Below, piece after piece: positions 56,898 through 64,000 of a DNA stretch of 64,000 nt. Within the stretch, counting starts at the first letter, position 1. Each line of letters begins with the position of its first letter. The DNA is taken from contig CBDHHL010000049.1 of NCBI GenBank assembly GCA_965263355.1, positions 1 through 64,000 on the forward strand. The letters are read 5' to 3'. This DNA comes from Leptolyngbyaceae cyanobacterium. Lineage in GTDB: Bacteria > Cyanobacteriota > Cyanobacteriia > Phormidesmidales > Phormidesmidaceae. A program made the position numbers and the translations under genes. Below the pieces are notes generated by a model. That model had not been told where the DNA came from and searched no databases. It saw nothing but the letters and a program-made list of their open reading frames with translations.

Positions 56898-58646
56898 TTA
56901 CCCTACGAATACAATCCGACTGGTTAAATCCTGCCCAGCGGTATTAAACACATCAGCGACCAAATCATCTTCCTTGAAAATCCAGGTACTGCTACCCTCC
57001 ACAAGAAAGCGATAATCAGTAAGAAAACCACTCAACACAATCGTGTCTTCTGCTCCATTGAAATCAAGGATGTCAGCAAAGTCCTGGTATTCGTCACCAG
57101 CATAAAAGCTACCGTTCTCATCTCCCAGAACAAACACGTCTGCGCCCTCACCACCTGTCAGCTGATCAATGCCAGCAAACCCTACTAGACGCTCACTTGC
57201 ACTGGTACCGACTAAGAGATCGTTTACCGACGTTCCCTCAATAAGAGTTTCACTATAAATATTGAAAGCACTCTCTTGAATGTTGTTGACCAGGGATGAG
57301 GAGTCCCCTAGTACTTGATTTTCTGGAGTATCAACTTCTTGAAAGAAAATCTGCTGTCTAGTACGCACGCTGCTACGACGGCGTTCAATGAGATCATCAT
57401 CGTCAAAGTCGTCAAAAGTGATTGATTGCTCCATAACAAGGAGACTGGTTATATCGCTCTCAAATTGGGTAAGAGATGCTTGAGTCTCCTGTAGCAAATT
57501 GGCATAATCCAGAGGTGAAACGGTATCGCTGATGTCATAGCCAATCACATCTAGAGCTTGCCGATCCAAATCGGAAATATTAGATCGGTTCCCTGGAACT
57601 AGTGCTGGGTCCATAACCCCCAAGGGAATAGGCACTTGTGACGATGTTGGCAAAATCGTAGTAAATTGCCCATTCAGTAAGTTGACAGGAAATAATAAAA
57701 TATCGCTAGCTAGATTAAAGATGCTAGCAAAGGGATTGGTAATAAACTCAAAGGGGGAAGGAATGTCTAATAGTGGTTCAGAGTTTGTTGTTGATCCCCC
57801 CCAGTGACTTGCCTGGTAGCCCTGAACCTGGCCACCTTCTTCAAATTGGCCGATTGACAGAGGGGCAATGGCGGTTTGACCGCCATCAATGGAAAAATAG
57901 GCAGCCTCTCCAGCCGTTAATTCTTGGGCGTTGAGACTAGCACTGCGATCGCTATAGCGAAAGAGATCTAGCAGTGACGTTTGCGATAGATCAACTTGAT
58001 TACCGGCCTGGTTCTGGCTGTCAAATAAGCCAAAGAGATTGAACAATGAAGGTTGTTGGTTAGTCTGGTTAGCGGTATCCTCAATGGAGTCTACACCACT
58101 AATAAACCCCATGATGTGGCCCAGTTCATGAAGAGCCATACCAAGAAAATCTAACTCAAGATTAGAAAAGGTTGACGTCCGGGGAAAATCATAGTTCCAG
58201 CTGTAAAGACTATCATCAAGGTCATTAAAAATAATGTATCCATCTAGCGAATTGGGGGAGACCAAACTCTCTAAGCCAAGCGCTTTTGCATTGGCCTGGG
58301 TAATGGTGAGGTCGCTGGCCTGATATTCGGTGCCGTTGAGCAGAGCACTGTACTGAGTGTCGCCATTAGATGCAGTTATGGTGTTGAGGTTTGCGATCGC
58401 AACAGCATCATCAATCGATGTAGCATCCTGTGCTAAAGCTGTTTGCACCGTTTCAAGATCCGTAGTGACATAAGCCGGCAGAGCTCCACCAATCACCTCA
58501 GAAGGCAACTCATCTGTCAGGGCTACATGAATATTGAAAACCGTATCGTCTTGAATATACTCACTCCAAATACGCCCAGCCATTTCGAAACCGATAATCT
58601 GTTCCGAAGACATACCAGGCTGAAATGTAAAATTGAAGTTTGTCAT
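56898..58646 (-). CDS. Zinc metalloprotease (NF038122-like), shorter paralog
   Basis: Same MTNFNFTFQPG start (ATG 58646), LHELGHIMGF, one copy of the C-terminal domain. Confidence 0.88.
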   Translation of the reverse strand: MTNFNFTFQPGMSSEQIIGFEMAGRIWSEYIQDDTVFNIHVALTDELPSEVIGGALPAYVTTDLETVQTALAQDATSIDDAVAIANLNTITASNGDTQYSALLNGTEYQASDLTITQANAKALGLESLVSPNSLDGYIIFNDLDDSLYSWNYDFPRTSTFSNLELDFLGMALHELGHIMGFISGVDSIEDTANQTNQQPSLFNLFGLFDSQNQAGNQVDLSQTSLLDLFRYSDRSASLNAQELTAGEAAYFSIDGGQTAIAPLSIGQFEEGGQVQGYQASHWGGSTTNSEPLLDIPSPFEFITNPFASIFNLASDILLFPVNLLNGQFTTILPTSSQVPIPLGVMDPALVPGNRSNISDLDRQALDVIGYDISDTVSPLDYANLLQETQASLTQFESDITSLLVMEQSITFDDFDDDDLIERRRSSVRTRQQIFFQEVDTPENQVLGDSSSLVNNIQESAFNIYSETLIEGTSVNDLLVGTSASERLVGFAGIDQLTGGEGADVFVLGDENGSFYAGDEYQDFADILDFNGAEDTIVLSGFLTDYRFLVEGSSTWIFKEDDLVADVFNTAGQDLTSRIVFVG

Positions 58647-60169
58647 TTGTTCTACAGGGTTTTTATTACGTATTACTGATCTGTCAACATTGCCATCAAG
58701 GACAGCAAACAAACACCAAGCTTTATATAAAGTAAGTGTGAATCAATCAGCTGGTAGATGACAAACCCTTTATGTAAAAAATACATAGCAAACTATAATT
58801 CAAAGTATTTATCTGAGTACTAATTACATCCTAAAAACTTAGACATGGATAGAGACATTGACCGCTATAAAGTAGTTCCATCTCAATCAGGTTCAGAACG
58901 TTAAATTCAGTTAAGGTTTCGTCTATAAAAATTGGCGTATCAGGGGTTTTAAGATGATATATCTGCAGACTTGATGGTTGGGCAGAAAAGTTCCTGAGAA
59001 CTTAAAATAAAATCAATTATATTTCTAGATAAAAGAATTCTAACTGGCCCCTAAAATCAACTTTTCAACTTCTTTATTTTTAATATTTTTTGCAAGCGAC
59101 CGAAGAGTTTGTCTTACCTTAAGAAAGGGGCTGTCAAGATAGAAACCCTTTTGAGATAGCGAATTTAGTTGGCTAAAAAATACCACTCGAAGAGTGTGGA
59201 GTTCAATAGGACGCGACCCTTGTTGAATAACGATTACTCAATCCCATGTATGACTTGGGCGTAATCTCTGTATGCGATATTAAGCGTATCTGAATTGACA
59301 AAAAACAAGTAAGCGAATTACAGATACTTTAAACTCAAAAAATCTTACTTTCTATAACCCAATAAATGTAATAGCCAAACCAAAGTTATTAAAAATATCC
59401 TAAGCCCTAAAAATTCAATGATGTCGCTCTTGAATACATCAAAATGATAGTGCTCGTCTCAAACAAGAACCTCGATAGAGACCTTCTAACAGTAATGAAC
59501 CTAATAATCGGGAAATCAACTAATACTTACAACGAACTAGAAACTCTCATAATTTGAATATTATCCCACGGCAATGTTAGTTAAAGTAATTTAATGTAAG
59601 AAGTTTTGGGCTTTAGTTTGATAGCTAATCCATTAATCATAGATTTCCAATCAGATTAGAAAGTCAACCCAGATTGGCAGTCAGGATCTAATCTCTGTGA
59701 AGCAAATGCAAAGTTCGGTAATAACCACCAGGGATGGTTGTATAAACCTTTCGCGCTAATGCAAGCATCCATCCTATAAAAACTCAACATTTAACGTCTT
59801 ACTATCTCTTACAAAAGATGATTGGCTGCCTTTAGGTGGCGTGCTACTTTTAAGTACATATACGGGGACTCTAAACATAGTTGACTACATAATGCCCTGG
59901 TTTTTATAAAGCTGGTCGATGATTTTGCACATTCAATTAGTTCAAGATGTACAAAACTGTCCTTGTAGTAGTTTGACTGTTTAGATTTTATCGCTAACTG
60001 TTTGTTATTAAGCGTACTTGCTAAGGTAGTGCTGAAATCAAGTTATGTCACTCTTTGCCTTGAGACTGGTTTTATTTTAGCTAGTGATCGGTTTTATCTA
60101 CTGAGTTAGGTTAGGCATAACCTTTTTTGGAAAACTTTACGCTCGAATAGATGGGGCTCTTCTGTTCGT

Positions 60170-62032
60170 GTGCGCTCGAGTCAAGGAATTTTTATTTACA
60201 TGTCTGGGTCAGTTAGTGCTTGTGAAACACTGGTAGATTTACTTCGACAACGTTCTCAATGTGACGGTGATAAGCTGGGATATGAGTTTTGGCAAACAGG
60301 AGAGACCGTAACCGATACACTAACTTACCAAGAGTTAGATAGTAGGGCGAGGAAGATAGCAGTCTCTCTGCAAAGTAGAAGTCTGGCTGGAGAAAGAGTT
60401 CTACTGTTTTATCTCCCTGGTCTGGATTACATCGCCGCTTTTTTTGGCTGTCTTTATGCTGGGGTTATTGCTGTCCCAGCCTATCCCCCTCGTGGAGTTC
60501 AAAAACTCAATCGTCTACAGTCCATTATTGTTAATTGTTCTGCTAAGTTGGTCCTGACCACTGAAGCAATTCGCGCTAAGTTTGACGGGCGTCTGGAAGG
60601 GAGCAACATGCTATCCCACATTGAGTGGTTAACAACGGATTGGGAACTGCCATCAGCATCGGACTGGCAGTATCCCGACATTAGGGTCGATACCACCGCC
60701 TTTTTGCAATATACCTCCGGTTCAACGGGCAATCCCAAGGGGGTCATGGTTAGCCATCGCAATCTTCTCCATAATTTGGAATTGATTCATCGTTGTTTTG
60801 GCCATAGCCGTGAGAGCAAAGGTGTTATTTGGTTGCCCCCGTATCACGATATGGGTTTGATTGGCGGAATTCTTCAGCCGATTTATGGAGCATTTCCAGT
60901 AGCCTTGATGCCCCCGGTTTATTTTCTTCAGAAACCTCTGCGTTGGTTAAAGGCAATTTCATCCTATCGAGGGACAACGAGTGGTGGTCCCAACTTTGCT
61001 TACCAAATGTGTGTCGAAAAAGCTAAACAACAAGATTTAGAAGGATTAGATCTAAGCAGTTGGGAGATTGCATTTAATGGGGCTGAGCCTATTCGTGCTG
61101 AAACCTTACAGCAATTTATCAAGACATTTACTCCCTACGGTTTTGATCCCGCAGCATTTTATCCTTGTTATGGCATGGCTGAGTCCACATTGATTATTAC
61201 CGGTGGACAAAAGGACGCATCTGCAGTTATTCGCCATTGGAACAAGGGCAGTTTGGGAAATGGGTCTGCTGTCCCCATTAATGAAGCTGACACAATTAGT
61301 CAAGTTACGTCTTTGGTCAGCAGTGGCCATAGCCAACTAAATCATCAGGTTATCATTGTTGATCCAGACACATTTTGTCGATGTAGTTCTAGAACCGTTG
61401 GAGAGATTTGGGTGACTGGTACTAGTGTGGCCCAGGGGTATTGGAATGGTCCGAAGAAAACTGCACAAGCCTTTGGGGCATATTTATCTGATGGAACCTC
61501 TGGACCATTTTTGAGAACTGGAGACTTAGGTTTCCTAGACGAGGATGGCGAACTCTTTGTTGTCGGTAGACTTAAAGATGTATTGATTATCCGTGGGCAA
61601 AATCACTACCCCCACGATATTGAAAAAACCGTTGGCCAGAGCCATGAAGCACTGAGGGCAGATCATGGAGCAGCTATTTCTGTGGAGGTTAAAGAAGTCG
61701 AGCGTTTGGTTCTTATTCATGAGGTCAAGCGCACTCATCTCAAATCCTTAGATATTTCTGACGTCGCCAAGGCTGTGCGACTCTCCGTGACTCAACAACA
61801 TCAGATTTCTCCCTATGCCATTGTGCTGATCAAAACCGGCAGTTTGCCTAAAACATCTAGTGGCAAGGTCAAGCGATATGCTTGCCGAGAGGACTTTTTA
61901 GCCAATCGTCTTGTCATTGTTGATGATTGGGCTGAAGCTCCCACAGTGCGAGCAAAATTTAAGGCCTTGCAATCCGATGTGGATTCAATTCTTAAAACAG
62001 TTCCAGAAGGAACCCTATCCTTAACAGGATAA
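60170..62032 (+). CDS. Fatty acyl-AMP ligase (FAAL)
   Basis: FLQYTSGSTGNPKGV, WLPPYHDMGLIG, NGAEPI, PCYGMAE, FLRTGDLG, GRLKD, PKTSSGK; start may be ATG 60200. Confidence 0.92.
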   Translation: MRSSQGIFIYMSGSVSACETLVDLLRQRSQCDGDKLGYEFWQTGETVTDTLTYQELDSRARKIAVSLQSRSLAGERVLLFYLPGLDYIAAFFGCLYAGVIAVPAYPPRGVQKLNRLQSIIVNCSAKLVLTTEAIRAKFDGRLEGSNMLSHIEWLTTDWELPSASDWQYPDIRVDTTAFLQYTSGSTGNPKGVMVSHRNLLHNLELIHRCFGHSRESKGVIWLPPYHDMGLIGGILQPIYGAFPVALMPPVYFLQKPLRWLKAISSYRGTTSGGPNFAYQMCVEKAKQQDLEGLDLSSWEIAFNGAEPIRAETLQQFIKTFTPYGFDPAAFYPCYGMAESTLIITGGQKDASAVIRHWNKGSLGNGSAVPINEADTISQVTSLVSSGHSQLNHQVIIVDPDTFCRCSSRTVGEIWVTGTSVAQGYWNGPKKTAQAFGAYLSDGTSGPFLRTGDLGFLDEDGELFVVGRLKDVLIIRGQNHYPHDIEKTVGQSHEALRADHGAAISVEVKEVERLVLIHEVKRTHLKSLDISDVAKAVRLSVTQQHQISPYAIVLIKTGSLPKTSSGKVKRYACREDFLANRLVIVDDWAEAPTVRAKFKALQSDVDSILKTVPEGTLSLTG

Positions 62033-62129
62033 TTCCAAGTCTAATTTTTTGACGACTGAATTTGTTTACTGAAACAGTTTACCGATAGCGGAGTTTATCT
62101 TTTTTTCTTTCCCTGGAGATTTACAATCT

Positions 62130-63140
62130 ATGTCAGTGCCGTTTGAACCACCTTCTTCTAAGATTAGGGTAGATTCCATAATTACTGCTGGAACTGTACC
62201 CTCCAATTTTGAGCGCAAGTCTGTAACCATTGTCAATCAGCAACTGCAAAGCATTCAAAAGCTTTTTGGCTATGCTGCTGTGATTGTACCGGCTCTGGGT
62301 ACGATTGTAGCTCTGGTATTACTGGCTTATCACCCACTGGATAGAGTTAGTGTTGGTCTTTGCATCTTTTTGTACATTGCCACTGTTCTAGGCATTACAG
62401 TGGGATTTCATCGCATTCTCTCCCATTGTTCTGTTAAGGCTAATGGACCTGTGCGAGCAGTATTTGCTGTGTTAGGTTCCATGGCAGCTCAAGGCCATGT
62501 GATTCACTGGGTCAGCAATCATCGCCGCCATCATCAAAATACCGACCAAGCGGGGGATCCCCATTCTCCCCACAGCACCAATGACGGACAACAGCTGGGA
62601 CATTGGCAGGGTTTCTGGCATTCCCACATTGCTTGGATGTTTGAGGGGGAATTTCCCAACGTGTTGTTATCAAAGGATCTTCTCAAGGATCCCATTATTC
62701 TTCAAATTAATCGTTTTTACCTGGGTTGGGTGTTGCTTGGGTTTGTTGTGCCAGCAGCCATTAGTGGACTGGTAAATCAAAGCTGGTGGGGCGTAGCTTA
62801 CGGTCTCCTATGGGGGGGGTTTGTGCGTACATTCCTGGTACATCACATAATTTGGTCCATCAATTCAGTGACTCATCTATATGGTTGTCGACCATTTTCT
62901 ACCATAGAAAACAGCACAAACAATGTTTGGATCGCTCTCCCAAGCTGCGGTGAAGCCTGGCATAACAACCATCATGCTTTCCCTCAATCTGCCAAGTTTG
63001 GTCTGATGTGGTGGCAAGTGGACATTGGCTGGTGGTGCATTCAACTCATGCACCATTTGGGCTGGGTATGGGATGTGAAGGTTCCTACAGGAAAATTGAT
63101 ACAAGCAAAACGTAATTGGGCAGGTGGTCACCATGGGTAA
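62130..63140 (+). CDS. Membrane fatty acid desaturase (delta-9/JamB-like)
   Basis: His boxes HRILSH, HRRHH, HNNHH; DPHSP. Confidence 0.92.
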   Translation: MSVPFEPPSSKIRVDSIITAGTVPSNFERKSVTIVNQQLQSIQKLFGYAAVIVPALGTIVALVLLAYHPLDRVSVGLCIFLYIATVLGITVGFHRILSHCSVKANGPVRAVFAVLGSMAAQGHVIHWVSNHRRHHQNTDQAGDPHSPHSTNDGQQLGHWQGFWHSHIAWMFEGEFPNVLLSKDLLKDPIILQINRFYLGWVLLGFVVPAAISGLVNQSWWGVAYGLLWGGFVRTFLVHHIIWSINSVTHLYGCRPFSTIENSTNNVWIALPSCGEAWHNNHHAFPQSAKFGLMWWQVDIGWWCIQLMHHLGWVWDVKVPTGKLIQAKRNWAGGHHG

Positions 63141-64000
63141 TCAACAAACCGAAGCACTGTTATCTCAGGAAAAATCCTCGGACATTGCGCAACAGGCTGC
63201 CGCTGCTGCTGCAAAACGCCTCAAGGCCAATCAAAGTCATGGGGGGCAAGGAGGCGTAAAACGCGAAGTTAATAATTCCCACTTACAGTCTATTTACCAA
63301 CGTCTGAGCCTGAGTATTTATGGTATTCCAGCGTTTGGTGCAGTTATTGCCCTGGTATTACTCCCCTACACTGGGTTACATGGGGTGGACATTGGACTCT
63401 TGGTCATTTTCCATATCCTGAGTTTTCTAGGATTGGAAGTGGGTTACCATCGCCTCTTTAGTCACCGTGCATTTCAGGCAACGATACCTGTTCAGGTGAT
63501 ACTTGCCATTTTAGGCGCAACGGCGGTCCAGGGTGGTGTTGTCCATTGGGTGGCCCAGCATCGTTTACATCATCGCTACTCAGATCAATCGGAAGATCCC
63601 CACTCTCCTCATTTGCATGGGAACGGGGTTTTAGGGATAGCCCAGGGCCTTTGGTTTGCCCAAATCGGTTGGGTATTGCAGGGGAAAGTGCCTAATGTCA
63701 CATTTTGGGCCAGGGATATGTTGCGGTCTTCTGCGATCGCAAAAGTAAACCAACTACAACAGGTTTGGGTTGTAGTTGGAATCCTGCTACCGTCTATTCT
63801 TGATGGTTTGATCACTCAATCCTGGATGGGAGCCCTGAGGGGACTTTTATGGGCTGGCTTTGTCCGGGTGTTGATCACGCAGCACACTCTGGGAGCAACA
63901 AATTCCTTTGGCCATTTGTGCGGTAATCGCATGTTTGAGGCAAAGGACCGCAGCACTAATAATATTTGGATGGTGCTACCTAGCCTGGGACAGGCCTGGC
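63133..64000 (+). CDS. Second membrane fatty acid desaturase (runs off the window)
   Basis: Not in the ORF track. ATG 63133 overlaps the previous stop; manual translation gives GLEVGYHRLFSH, HWVAQHRLHH, DPHSPH. Confidence 0.88.
   Translation, partial: MGNQQTEALLSQEKSSDIAQQAAAAAAKRLKANQSHGGQGGVKREVNNSHLQSIYQRLSLSIYGIPAFGAVIALVLLPYTGLHGVDIGLLVIFHILSFLGLEVGYHRLFSHRAFQATIPVQVILAILGATAVQGGVVHWVAQHRLHHRYSDQSEDPHSPHLHGNGVLGIAQGLWFAQIGWVLQGKVPNVTFWARDMLRSSAIAKVNQLQQVWVVVGILLPSILDGLITQSWMGALRGLLWAGFVRVLITQHTLGATNSFGHLCGNRMFEAKDRSTNNIWMVLPSLGQAW

Noticed and set aside
58713..60169. Long AT-rich intergenic region as hidden RNA or array
   Set aside because: No repeats, convincing stems or ORFs found by eye; consistent with a divergent promoter region.

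Overview
Cyanobacterial DNA (frequent HIP1 GCGATCGC octamers, cyanobacteria-type gene families) that looks like part of a large plasmid or secondary replicon. The backbone at about 27-34 kb has two divergent Rep-like genes flanking a 10-copy iteron array, then parA plus an atypical partner gene bracketed by a perfect palindrome. A tyrosine recombinase lies at 39 kb. Cargo includes a TPR protein and Tat-signal caspase, a stress island (kinase/AAA, USP, HSP20), an RRM protein, SWIM + SNF2 helicase, a Rieske oxygenase, an Mqo-like oxidoreductase, an AAA_35/CHASE2/DUF928/CHAT/haemagglutinin/zinc-metalloprotease cluster and the start of a FAAL + two-desaturase biosynthetic cluster. Mobile debris includes ISKra4, IS4 and other DDE elements and a decayed group II intron that appears nested in a second one. 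The two strongest candidates for undescribed systems are (1) a three-gene operon in which a small helical protein and two membrane-anchored NACHT NTPases share an identical N-terminal RHIM-like peptide VQIGGIAGRD, suggesting amyloid-type NLR signalling, and (2) a duplicated ~560-nt highly structured non-coding RNA with compensatory base changes, transcribed divergently from a conserved 72-aa microprotein. All calls come from reading the sequence by eye; no searches or folding programs were run.
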